From Octopus vulgaris (Eukaryota), in assembly GCA_951406725.2 (NCBI GenBank), contig OX597829.1:49414001-49478000 (forward strand): 64,000 nt of DNA, written 5' to 3'. Positions within the stretch are counted from its first letter, which is position 1, and each line of letters begins with the position of its first letter. This document shows positions 12,889 through 24,899 of this stretch, in pieces. Made by a program: the position numbers and the translations under genes. A model generated the notes under the pieces. It ran no database searches. It saw only the letters and a program-made list of their open reading frames with translations, and was not told where the DNA came from.

Positions 12889-14180
12889 TCTATACTGTGT
12901 TCTACTGTGTTAGCAGTGCTATTACATCACTTGTTAAGGCTATCTCTTCAGATATTTTAGAAATCGTAGCCAGCACTCATTTTATTTATGACATTTTGTA
13001 TCCATAATGTCAGATATAAACAAACATTGAGATTGAAGATTAGAAAAGGGTAACAGGCATATATGCCAGATTCCAGGAATTGTGTAAACGTGTGTGTGTG
13101 CGTGCACCTTTGTACATGTCCCCTACCATCACTTGTTGGTTTGCTTGTATCACTGTAACTTGGCAGTTCAGCAAAAGAGACTGACAGAATAAGTATGAAA
13201 CTTAAAAGTAAGTAGTGGGTTGATTTGTTCAAATAAAACCCTTCAAGGTGGTGCCCCAGCATGGCCACAGTCCAACAAATGAAACAAGTAATAAACAAAA
13301 GATGAAAATTTATAACAGCTACATGAGTTTTCAGAAGGGATTCATCACATCAATAACCAAAAAAAAAAAGAGTTTAAAATGAATGAGGCGCAGGAGTGGC
13401 TGTGTGGTAAGTAGCTTGCTTACCAACCACATGGTTCCGGGTTCAGTCCCACTGCATGGCATCTTGGGCAAGTGTCTTCTGCTATAGCCCCGGGCCGACC
13501 AATGCCTTGTGAGTGGATTTGGTAGACGGAAACTGAAAAGAAGCCTGTCGTATATATGTATATATATATATATGTATGTGTGTGTACGTGTTTGCGTGTC
13601 TGTGTTTGCGTGTCTGTGTTTGCCCCCCCAACATCGCTTGACAACTGATGCTGGTGTGTTTATGTCTCCGTAACTTAGCGGTTTGGCAAAAGAGACCGAT
13701 AGAATAAGTGCTGGGCTTACAAAGAATAAGTCCCGGGGTCTACTTGCTTTATCGATCCTAAAATCACTTTTTACAACCCACATTGGCTCTATTCTTTGGC
13801 TTACTGGTTTCCATACATCATTAGAACAACATAAAATGAAGTGTTTTGCTCAATAACACATCCTACTGCCCAGTCTGGGAATCAAACCCACAATCTGGTG
13901 ATCATGAATGCAACATACTAACCACCAGATCACACACCTTCATGAAATGCAATTTGCCATGCATAAAGGAACATTTCCAAAAATAAATACACTAAAAGGT
14001 GGTGGTGGTGGTGCTGGTACTCTCAGAATTCATAATGGTGTCATAGATGTTTCCCAACCACATAGTTCTGGGTTCATTCCCACTGTATGGCATCTCAGGC
14101 AAATATCTTCTATTATAGCCTCAGGCCAACCAAAGCCTTGAGAGTAGATTTCGTAGACAGAAACTGAAAGAAGCCCATCA

Positions 14181-14220
<40 letters not shown>

Positions 14221-14222
<2 letters not shown>

Positions 14223-14765
14223 TAGATAAATGAATTATCTTATTACGAATAATTCGAAAGATAACCGATACCTGGGTAGCAAACTCACAACAGAAAAAGC
14301 ACGGTTGAAGTTACGACCATAGGGCATATACTCCATGCCTTAGTGCAGAAATTTGAAGTTTAATTTAATATAATAAGTATAGGAAAGAATGGAGCTGAAC
14401 GAAGATTTAACAAAATTCCTTTATTTTATTTTCGACATATGTTTCGAAGTCTGCAAAATCCCTAATTCCGAATGAATAAGGAGTCCATTATGCAGCTTTC
14501 TCTTCAGGAAAATCCAGGAACTTCTTTGGCCAGCAAAATGCACAACACCATTATCGCTATGGGCTCCTCGTGAGCAGTCATCTAAAAACTTGTTGTGCAT
14601 TTTGCTGGCCAAAGAAGTTCCTGGATTTTCCTGAAGAGAAAGCTGCATAATGGACTCCTTATTCATTCGGAATTAGGGATTTTGCAGGCTTCGAAACATA
14701 TGTCGAAAATAAAATAAAGGAATTTTGTTAAATCTTCGTTCAGCTCCATTCTTTCCTATACTTAT
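14221..14765. mobile_element. Palindromic Penelope-pLTR-like insert in (TA)n, one hammerhead motif per arm
   Basis: Inverted arms 14373-14547 / 14591-14765, 43-nt spacer, one-sided extension 14221-14372, TA repeats on both flanks. Confidence 0.75.
14625..14710 (+). ncRNA. Type I hammerhead ribozyme motif (mirror copy 14428-14513 on -)
   Basis: ATTTTC [CTGAAGA] GAAAGCTGCA...TGCAGGCTTC [GAAA] CATATG TC| GAAAAT: 6-bp helix I, long helix II, palindromic minimal helix III, GUC site after 14704. Confidence 0.85.
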
Positions 14766-15858
14766 ATATATAATAAAAAGTCAAGGTACAATATGCACCC
14801 GTTTGCTTGAAAGAGGAGTTAAAATGCTCCAAAACTAAGCATCTCTCACTAAATATAAACATACCTTCAGCTGAACAACGCACACAGGAAGGTAAATATG
14901 TTTTTGTGAAATAGTTTACGTAGATTTTAGATCTGTTGGAGTGCATTTCTTTCCAGACATATGTGTTTGTGTGAGAGAGAGAGAGAAAGAGACAGGCAGA
15001 GAGAAAGAGAGAGAGAGAGGGGGAGTGAGAAAGACAGACAGACAAAGAGAGAGTGGGAAAGACAGAGCAAAAGGGGGAAAAAAATCGACCCCATTATTTA
15101 ATTGATACTCTATTTATCGATCCTGAATGGATGAAAGGCAAAATTAACCTCAACGGAATTTGAACTTAGAGTGCAGAGTCAGAACAAACACTTGCAAAGA
15201 ATTCTAACTTTAAGCTCAAACAAACTCCGTCAGCAGCCGACTGCAGTACACCTTAAAGGTAATAAAAATTGATTTCTTCTTAGACACACAAGACCAATTA
15301 TTTGAAGGGGAGGAATATATGTGGTTTTGTTCTTCCGGTTCCAATATATATATATATTGTTGATATTTATTTTATCGACTCGCAAAAAAATGAAAAGCAA
15401 CAAACTCAGAAATCAGACTGGCGTAACTAAGCGTTCAAAGGTATCTAGTTCAATATTTTAAAAGATCCAAGACCTTAAGCGGGTTACGATAATTGTGGCT
15501 TTTCGTGACCAACTCTTTGATGAACAGGAAAGCAAGCGGAACCATTTCAAAAGCTGAATATTTTACCATTTAATATTGGTAAGGAGAATATCTAATAGAG
15601 TGTAATGGTCAACAATATCAAAAGTAGCAGAGAGATGAATTTACGATTGCAACTGCTCATGTTACGCGATAAAATTCATTCAAAGCTTTTATGAAACAGC
15701 TTTCAGCTTCTCACGGTTGAAGTTGATGTGTGTGAAGGAACAGAGGGGGACGATGTAGCAACTTCTCAATTTCCGGGCGGGGGGGTGTCTTTATGGATTA
15801 TATATGTTCACCAGAGGGAGGTCATTTCACTGACCACACACTACACCGAGATAAATCT

Positions 15859-16130
15859 AATCGCAAAAGCCAGTGAAAATACCTCTATGTGGTCATTCTA
15901 CTTGCTCTGCTAGAAATAGCAACCGAACCTCTCTTAACTTATGTTACATAACCTTGAGAATAGAAAAAATACGTTGGATAATGTAAACCCTTAATAATCG
16001 CAAAAGCCAATGAAAATACCTCTATGTGGTCATTCGACTTGCTCTGCTAGAAATAGCAACCGAACCTCCCTTAGCTTACGTGACATAACCTTGAGAATAG
16101 AAAAAATACGTTGGATAATGTAAACCCTTA
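15859..16130 (+). repeat. Local tandem duplication, ~137-bp unit x2
   Basis: 'aatcgcaaaagcca.tgaaaatacctctatgtggtcattc...ggataatgtaaacccttaa' repeated at ~15859 and ~15996. Confidence 0.9.
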
Positions 16131-16477
16131 AAAAGGAGATGGCCGTGGTTGGAATGCCTTTGATCATATGTCTACACAGTTAGTGCCAATCTCAAATTAA
16201 ATGACAATGTAACTGCTTTTCCTTGAATTCCTTTCAGGACCATAGCTCTTCTCTAGAAATCTAATTACACTTTAATTGTTTTGGAAATAATTCAGAATTC
16301 AGAGGAATTTAAATTAAATATTTAACCTCTACCACTTTGGAATTTTAGTTTCAACAGACAGATCTCTTCAGTCACCATCTTACTTTATTTAGTTCAATAT
16401 TTTGACTACTTAAGATGGAATGTCAAATATTGAACTACGAAACATTAATCAATCAATCAATCCAGGCAGGTGACTTG

Positions 16478-16944
16478 TCCAGACCATGCCAGATCTCCGG
16501 ACCATGCCAGATCTCCGGACCATGCCAGATCTCCAGACCATGCCAGATCTCTGGACCATGCCAGATCTCCAGACCATGCCAGATCTCCAGACCATGCCAG
16601 ATCTCCAGACCATGCCAGATCTCCAGACCATGCCAGATCTCCAGACCATGTCAGATCTCCAGACCATGCTAGATCTCCAGACCATGCTAGATCTCCAGAC
16701 CAAGCCAGATCTCCAGACCATGCTAGATCTCCAGACCAAGCCAGATTTCCAGACCATGCCAGATCTCCAGACCATGTCAGATCTCCAGACCATGTCAGAT
16801 CTCCAGACCATGCTAGATCTCCAGACCATGCTAGATCTCCAGACCATGCTAGATCTCCAGACCAAGCCAGATCTCCAGACCATGCTAGATCTCCAGACCA
16901 TGCTAGATCTCCAGACCAAGCCAGATCTCCAGACCATGCCAGAT
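16478..16944. repeat. 18-bp minisatellite (CCAGACCATGCCAGATCT), ~26 copies
   Basis: Direct reading; explains the periodic ORFs on both strands. Confidence 0.95.
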
Positions 16945-17459
16945 GCATCAATCAAGCAATGAAGCATGGACATCTAACCTTGGTTTTAGTCACATTAGTC
17001 TTTCACTAGCTGAAATATCTCATTTGCACACACCATGACTACATATGAAAGCAGTAGTTTACTAACTGAACTGGTTGGTCTTGACCATTGACAGTTTGTT
17101 GTCTTTTCACCCACCCAACATCTTGTGATATTTGCCATTGGCTCGAACATCTGGTCTGGGTATGAGCCACACTGTTCTTTTCCCAGCTGAAATATCTCAT
17201 CTCTGTATGCCATGACTACATATGAAAGCAGTAGTTCACTACTTTACCCACTCAACATCTAATGATATTTGCCAAACATCATTGGCTCAAACATCAGTTT
17301 GATATATCTGGTAGTAAACAAGATATAATTAATGCAATAAGCCAACAGATTTTAATTATACCTATAGAGATGAAGTAAAATATATCATTATCTTAATTAC
17401 TAACTAAAGTTAACGATACAAGCTCAAATTTTAAATTAAAATTAAGCAAAGAATAGAAA

Positions 17460-18312
17460 TCAGTGCAGGATGAATCTGATCTTTTGTAGTACAGGGACGA
17501 CTTCAGGTATGTTCCAGTTTATATAATCTCATCAGCAAATTATAGTTTAAACATTTTTACCAGATCTGCTACTTATATTTTTGTGGGGTTTTTTTATATG
17601 GCTTTAAGACCTGCTATCTTGAGCCAAAACCACAGTTTAGCAGCTTTGCAATAGTGTAGCAAGCACTGTTGGAAGTCATTATCAAAGCATAAATAACTAA
17701 CCTTGACATTACGGCGATTAAAAGTTTAGGAAAGTAACGGGCTCTTGGAAAAGTTATTTAATTAGTGCCAAGAAGCTATGAGCTATATGAGCAATGAGCA
17801 GAAAGATCTAGATTAAAAGGAAGATTAAACTAGATTACCTTTCTCTTTTTAGCTTCCTTTGATTTTTGGGGTGGTTTAAAGGACCCTCCTTATATACTAA
17901 TTTATCAGTAAAGCCACTCCTCGTTAGTACCTTGTAATAATGGGTTTGCAACCTTGTTGAAGATCTCTCTATTTGCCAGTAAAATTGAGATTCTTCTGAT
18001 GATACCTGTAGCTAGGTTTCTAATTACAGCTGATGGCATGGTTGGAGTGTCTAAGAAGAGGTAGTATTTGCCTATTTCAAGGTCTAGATCTATGCCCAGA
18101 AAGTTGATTTTTGTTGAGTTGGAACTGTTATAGTCTGTTTGATTTATTTGACAATATTTATAAAACTCTCACTCAACTTATTTACAGTTTGGATGATTGT
18201 ATGGCTTGAGACTGTCAGGCCGTCATCTTAGTACAGGGCTGAACTAGAGTATCCAGGATAAATAGCACAGCATGATCGGCAACTACAGCCTCATAAAAGC
18301 TTCCCATGAATA
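17460..18312 (-). mobile_element. Decayed Penelope-like element (RT C-terminal half, thumb and linker)
   Basis: Broken frames give MGSFYEAVVAD.AVLFILDTL, LY*DDGLTV, KINFLGIDLDLEIGKY, SNH.PSAVIRNLATGIIRRISIL..NREIFNKVA..YYKVLTRSGF..KLVY and FLALIK..F.....FNRRNVKVSYLCFDN, matching PLE motifs MGSxDGAE / YRDDGL / VNFLD / SNHP / FNRNxVKVSYSC. Confidence 0.85.
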
Positions 18313-18540
18313 TGGTAAGAAGTAAGTTGCCTTCATATTTTATTCATTCAGAATCATTGTGAAACAAAAGTAGCTTCCAAACATTCAGAATAATTCAGAT
18401 GTTGATATGGTTATAAATGTCTGTCTGTCAGTCAGTCCATCTATCTATCTGCAGTATATATAAATATGTGTGTATAAAACTTAGAGTATCCAGTATTACA
18501 GATCCATTTCAGCCAATCTTACAAATTGATTTCACACTGT

Positions 18541-18593
<53 letters not shown>

Positions 18594-19687
18594 CATCTAT
18601 CCATCCATCTATCTATCCACCTATCTATCCACCTATCTGTCTATCTATCTAGATAGATATCTATCTAGATAGATATCTATCTAGATAGATATCTATCTAT
18701 CTATCTAGATATCTATCTATCTATCTATCTATCTCGATATCTATCTATCTATCTATCCATCTATCCATCCATCTTTCTATCTATCTATCCATCTATCCAC
18801 CTATCTATCTATTTATCTATCCATACACACAAAGGAGTCATGAGTTGGAGAGAAGAAAAATAAAGCGTATCAATATTTTAGTAAACCAACTGTAATGTAA
18901 TTTAATATGTACAATATATGTTGGGAGATACCATGTATTTTATTTTGAATGAACCAGTAATTTGTCTCCTAATTAAAACCGCAAAATAACTACAAAATAT
19001 GAGCAGGAAAGATTTTATCTAAAACATACACAGTATATCAGAAAATTCTTGCAATATTTTTCATAATAAAAAAATAAACAGTTTTAAATTAATTACTATA
19101 ATGTTTTAATATAATTCAATATGTTTATTGCTTTTCCAAAACAAGTTCATTCTATATTTATTTGTTTATTGTATATTTCATATTGGTTAATAGAATTTAC
19201 GATTACTTATTTATCCTATATTACCATTATTATAATAAATTGTTATACATATTATGATTGGTTGTTTATTTCTAGTGAGCCAATCATTGGTACATTACAT
19301 GCTTGATGGTGAGAGTGCATAAGGAAGTGTCTGTACCTCAGTGCAGAGTAAACACTCAGTTTGAAGAAGAACACCAGCTTTTTAGTTTTCTTCTTGATAA
19401 TACCTATTTCTTTATTACCCACAAGGGGCTAAACACAGAGGGGACAAACAAGAACAGACATAGGTATTAAGTCGATTACATCGACGCCAGTGCGTAACTG
19501 GTATTTAATTTATCGACCCCGAAAGGATGAAAGGCAAAGTCGACCTCGGCGGAATTTGAACTCAGAACGTAACGACAGACGAAATACAGCTACGCATTTC
19601 GTCCAGCGTGCTACCGTTTCTGCCAGCTCGCCGCCATACACTGAGAAAAGATGTACAGACATATACATGCATGTCTGTATCAATACA

Positions 19688-19947
19688 TGCATGGCATAGT
19701 GGTTAAGCAAACAGGCTACTAAACCCCAAGATTCCGAGTTCAATTCCAGGCAGTGACCTGAATAATAATGATAACATCAAAAAATACCTTAGGAATGAGA
19801 ACCCAGGTTCAAAATTTCCCCAAGACACCTGATGAAGGTTGGCGGGTATATCAGCTGAAACGTTGTGTCAACAACAAACAAGATGAGGACAAATATTCGT
19901 CAAATGTAAATAATGTACGCAATTCCTCATCTCTGAAATATAGAACT
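19688..19947 (+). mobile_element. tRNA-headed short element containing a hammerhead motif
   Basis: A box TGGCATAGTGG (~19692), B box GAGTTCAATTCC (19736-19747), then the hammerhead at 19824-19869; no poly(A) or LINE-type tail recognised. Confidence 0.7.
19824..19869 (+). ncRNA. Minimal type I hammerhead ribozyme motif
   Basis: GACAC [CTGATGA] AGGTTG-GCGGGTATAT-CAGCT [GAAA] CG TT| GTGTC: 5-bp helix I and loopless AACGTT helix III typical of PLE hammerheads. Confidence 0.8.
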
Positions 19948-20404
19948 ATATACAAACAGATTTTTATGTATGTAGAAATATTATTATTTCTAAGTCTCTC
20001 TAAAGGAGACTACAGCAGTGGTACTGGATATTAACAGTTATTGCCAAGCTAATATAGGACTAAAGCTGCTGTTGATTAGCTCGAAGAGGCCATCGCCTCT
20101 AGCTAGCTATATGACACACAAACCTGTGTCCATTATAACCTTCGAACAGGGGAGGTCAGCCACTTCCTCTTGCTGGTCAGGCATATACTCTTTACTCTTT
20201 TACTCTTTTACTTGTTTCAGTCATTTGACTGCGGCCATGCTGGAGCACCGGCTTTAGTCAAGCAAATTGACCCCGGGACTTATTCTTTGTGAGCCCAGTA
20301 CTTATTCTATCGGTCTCTTTTTGCCGAACCGCTAAGTGACGGGGACGTAAACACACCAGCATCAGTTGTCAAGCAATGCTAGGGGACAAACACAGACACA
20401 CAAT

Positions 20405-20457
<53 letters not shown>

Positions 20458-20625
20458 GACAGGCTTCTTTCAGTTTCCGTCTACCAAATCCACTCACAAG
20501 GCATTGGTCGGCCCGGGGCTATAGCAGAAGATACTTGCCCAAGATGCCACACAGTGGGACTGAACCCACAACCATGTGGTTGGTTAGCAAGCTACTTACC
20601 ACACAGCCACTCTTGCGTATGTATA

Positions 20626-20657
<32 letters not shown>

Positions 20658-21057
20658 CACATACATACACTTACACACAGACAGATGTATATAAAAGCTT
20701 TGTTGACAACCTACACAATTTGATGAAATTATTGAATGAAATTAGGAGACTGAGCAGGAGGCCATCATCGGATTTTGCTTAAGCATCAGAATATTAATAA
20801 CCAGGTGTTGGATCTCAATACTCTTATTCTTCAGAGTAATGTGTTATGCAAGTATGGAACATGATATTAATTACTGGATGACAAGAGAACGGATGTTACA
20901 TGATCAACATCATTAGCTTACAGTTGTTTCTGCTATAGGATGATGCATGAGCACTCAGCCATGAGTGCACTGAATCTTATAACTGAAACAGCTGTGAGCC
21001 AATGCAGTCAATTACATAATTTCTGTTCCCTTATCATTCAATAATTACTCTCTCTCT

Positions 21058-21117
<60 letters not shown>

Positions 21118-21335
21118 GAGATTCAAGTGTACTGGAAACAAAAGACAAAAACAGGTGAGGAAACAAGTAGGTGTATTAGTTTGATACGCAGGAAGAATGG
21201 AAAAGTCTTTGATGCTTCAAGCCTACACTCTTTGACAGAAAAGGATGAGAGGAAAAAAACTGGAGAGAGAGAGCATAGTGTATCAGGATTAACAGTTTCA
21301 CATGATGAAAAGACAGGAAGAAATATGTGTGTGGG

Positions 21336-21358
<23 letters not shown>

Positions 21359-21367
<9 letters not shown>

Positions 21368-21916
21368 TATATTAAATTAGAGACAAAACCACTATTAGGC
21401 AAATCAAACAATGAAAAACTTAATCCAATACATAAGATTATTTAATTTATATTATTTAAATATATAACAAAATTATTAAAAAAATATAATTAATATCACA
21501 CTACGATCGTTTCATGGCTGCTAACTTCTTCAAATTTTCGAGTCACAGTCATTCATCAGGTGGTTTAAATATTTATCTTGGCGAGGTTTAAACAATGAAC
21601 TCATTGTTTAAACCTCGCCAAGATAAATATTTAAACCACCTGATGAATGACTGTGACTCGAAAATTTGAAGAAGTTAGCAGCCATGAAACGATCGTAGTG
21701 TGATATTAATTATATTTTTTTAATAATTTTGTTATATATTTAGATAATATAAATTAAATAATCTTATGTATTGGATTAAGTTTTTCATTGTTTGATTTGC
21801 CTAATAGTGGTTTTGTCTCTAATTTAATATAATATAATATTTTACTATAAAATTGGATTCAATTCTAAATCTGATTTTTCCCTGTAAGTTTGGATTTATT
21901 CCCTAATATTTATTAT

Positions 21917-21920
<4 letters not shown>
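21359..21920. mobile_element. Near-perfect 240-bp-arm palindrome in (TA)n, one hammerhead motif per arm
   Basis: Arms 21359-21598 / 21601-21840, 2-nt loop, one mismatch seen; one-sided extension 21841-21920. Confidence 0.85.
21637..21700 (+). ncRNA. Type I hammerhead ribozyme motif (mirror copy 21499-21562 on -)
   Basis: CAC [CTGATGA] ATGACTG...CAGCCAT [GAAA] CGATCG TA| GTG; GUA site after 21697. Confidence 0.8.
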
Positions 21921-21979
<59 letters not shown>

Positions 21980-22064
21980 TGCATATATGTACACATACAT
22001 GTACGTTGATGCAAACAGGAAAATAGAGCTCAAAATAGGAATATATGTATATGTTGTATATTTT

Positions 22065-22310
22065 TCTTAATATTTAGCTGAATTTTCCTTGAGTATGGTA
22101 GATGGTAATTTTCCATACAGGCATTTGAGTTTGTCGATAGAGCTCATCAAGATGTAGGAGCAAAGAATTATCCACAGGACATTATTATGATTCTTTCTTG
22201 AACAATCCAGAGGGAAACTTATCAGCAACTCTATAAACTCATAGACCTTCAGCATGTGACCAGTTTGATAAGCGCCAACACACAAACTCTTAGAACTTGA
22301 GTCACTCTGT
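22065..22310 (-). mobile_element. Highly decayed LINE reverse-transcriptase fragment
   Basis: 'DC.RK....LWIILCSY.....IDKLKCLY' resembles RT 'FDSVDR..LW.IL..YG....I..IK.LY'. Confidence 0.45.
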
Positions 22311-22499
22311 TATTTCTGCTAAATCATCATCATCATCGTTTAATGTCTGCTTTCCATGCTGGCATGGGTTGGACAGTCTGACCAAGGACTGGCAAGCCAG
22401 ATGGCTGCACCAGGCTCCAATCTGATCTGGCAATGCTACTACAGCTGGATGCCTTTCCTAATGCCAACCACTGTAAGAATACAGTGGGTGTTTTTTTAT

Positions 22500-24260
22500 G
22501 TGCCTCTGGCATGGGGACAAAGTCAGGCAGCACTGGCAACAACCACACTCGAATGGTGCTTTTGATGTGCCTCCAGTATGGGAGCCAGTCAGGAGGCACT
22601 GGCAATGACCATGCTCGAATGATGCTTTTTATGTGCCTCCAGCATGGGAGCCAGTCAGGCGGAACTGGCAACAACCATGCTCGAATGGTGCTTTTCACAT
22701 GCCTCCAGCATGGGAGCCAGCCAGGAGGCACTGGCAATGACCATGCTCGAATGGTGCTTTTGATGTGCCTCCAGCATGGGAGCCAGTCAGGCGGAACTGG
22801 CAACAACCATGCTCGAATGGTGCTTTTGATGTGCCTCCAGCATGGGAGCCAGCCAGGAGGCACTGGCAATGACCATGCTCGAATGATGCTTTTTATGTGC
22901 CTCCAGCATGGGAGCCAGTCAGGCGGAACTGGCAACAACCATGCTCGAATGGTGCTTTTCACATGCCTCCAGCATGGGAGCCAGTCAGGCGGAACTGGCA
23001 ACAACCATGCTCGAATGGTGCTTTTCACATGCCTCCAGCATGGGAGCCAGTCAGGAGGCACTGGCAACAACCATGCTCGAATGGTGCTTTTCACATGCCT
23101 CCAGCATGGGAGCCAGTCAGGAGGCACTGGCAACAACCATGCTCGAATGGTGCTTTTCACACGCCTCCAGCATGGGAGCCAGTCAGGAGGCACTGGCAAC
23201 AACCATGCTCGAATGGTGCTTTTCACATGCCTCCAGCATGGGAGCCAGTCAGGAGGCACTGGCAACAACCATGCTCGAATGGTGCTTTTCACATGCCTCC
23301 AGCATGGGAGCCAGCCAGGAGGCACTGGCAATGACCATGCTCGAATGATGCTTTTTATGTGCCTCCAGCATGGGAGCCAGCCAGGAGGCACTGGTAATGA
23401 CCATGCTCGAATGATGCTTTTTACGTGCCTCCAGCATGGGAGCCAGCCAGGAGGCACTGGCAATGACCATGCTCGAATGGTGCTTTTTATGTGCCTCCAG
23501 CATGGGAGCCAGCCAGGAGGCACTGGTAATGACCATGCTCGAATGATGCTTTTTATGTGCCTCCAGCATGGGAGCCAGCCAGGAGGCACTGGCAATGACC
23601 ATGCTCGAATGATGCTTTTTATGTGCCTCCAGCATGGGAGCCAGTCAGGAGGCACTGGCAATGACCATGCTCGAATGGTGCTTTTCACGTGCCTCCAGCA
23701 TGGGAGCCAGTCAGGAGGCACTGGCAACAACCATGCTCGAATGGTGCTTTTCACATGCCTCCAGCATGGGAGCCAGTCAGGAGGCACTGGCAACAACCAT
23801 GCTCGAATGGTGCTTTTCACGTGCCTCCAGCATGGGAGCCAGTCAGGAGGCACTGGCAACAACCATGCTCGAATGGTGCTTTTCACATGCCTCCAGCATG
23901 GGAGCCAGTCAGGAGGCACTGGCAACAACCATGCTCGAATGGTGCTTTTCACATGCCTCCAGCATGGGAGCCAGTCAGGAGGCACTGGCAACAACCATGC
24001 TCGAATGGTGCTTTTTACATGCCTCCAGCATGGGAGCCAGTCAGGAGGCACTGGCAACAACCATGCTCGAATGGTGCTTTTTTCATGCCTCCAGCATGGG
24101 GGCCAGTCAGGAGGCACTGGCAACAACCATGCTCGAATGGTGCTTTTTACATGCCACTGGCTCGGGACCAGTTGGGCAGCACTGGCACCAACCACGCTCA
24201 AATAGTGCTTTTTAATTGCCACCAGCATGAGTGTCAGTCAGGCTCGAATGGTGCTTTTTA
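22500..24260. repeat. 66-bp tandem array (~25 full units) expanded inside a (TGA)n-tailed retroposon
   Basis: Unit gtgcctccagcatgggagccagtcaggaggcactggcaacaaccatgctcgaatggtgcttttcacat; flanked by the retroposon tail (22323-22500) and head remnant (~24260-24290). Confidence 0.95.
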
Positions 24261-24589
24261 GGTGCCACTGGCATGAGATCAGTCTTAACTTACATATTTT
24301 ACACATGCAAACATATGAGGAATTTCTGGAAGTGTCTGTCGAACAATTTCTTCTTTTCAGTCAGTATTGGTCAATCTGAGTCTAAAGCAGAAAATATTTT
24401 GCCAATAAATCCATAGCAAAGCTGACCTCATAACCAGACAGCCATGCCTACAGTCAGTTTCCAATTTCAGTATTTAGTTACCTTCCTTTACATTTCTCTC
24501 CTGTGTTTGCCTTAGCATTGATTACAATTGAATATCAAAATCTTTGATCATCAAAATCTTACAATAGATATAACCATAACAGCCCCTTT

Positions 24590-24767
24590 TACCTTTTCAA
24601 AACCAACCCACCTGAAACTACCTCTGGCTCTGTAGTATATTAGGATGATGCATGAGCACACAGCCATGAGTGCACTGAATCTTATAACTGAAACAGCAGT
24701 AAGCCAATGCAGTCAATTACATAATTTCTGTTCCCTTATCATTCAATAATTACTCACTCTCTCTCAC

Positions 24768-24806
<39 letters not shown>

Positions 24807-24845
24807 CTGTTTGCATCAACGTAACTGTAAGTGTACATGTATATA

Positions 24846-24899
<54 letters not shown>

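Noticed and set aside
16449-17009. Repetitive ORFs (SPDHAR, MPDLQT, WSGDLA)
   Set aside because: Open in most frames on both strands because of an 18-bp unit; no splice or domain evidence.
18645-18740. Short palindromic CTATCTAGATAG repeats
   Set aside because: Explained by local strand flips within a (CTAT)n microsatellite.
21203-21240. Minus-strand TCAAAGAGTGTAGGCTTGAAGCATC as a hammerhead relic
   Set aside because: Too many core substitutions to support from this copy alone.
22333-24228. 631-aa and 590-aa ORFs, and a CRISPR-like appearance of the 66-bp array
   Set aside because: The ORFs follow from a stop-free 22-codon tandem unit inside a retroposon; there are no unique spacers or cas genes, and the context is eukaryotic.
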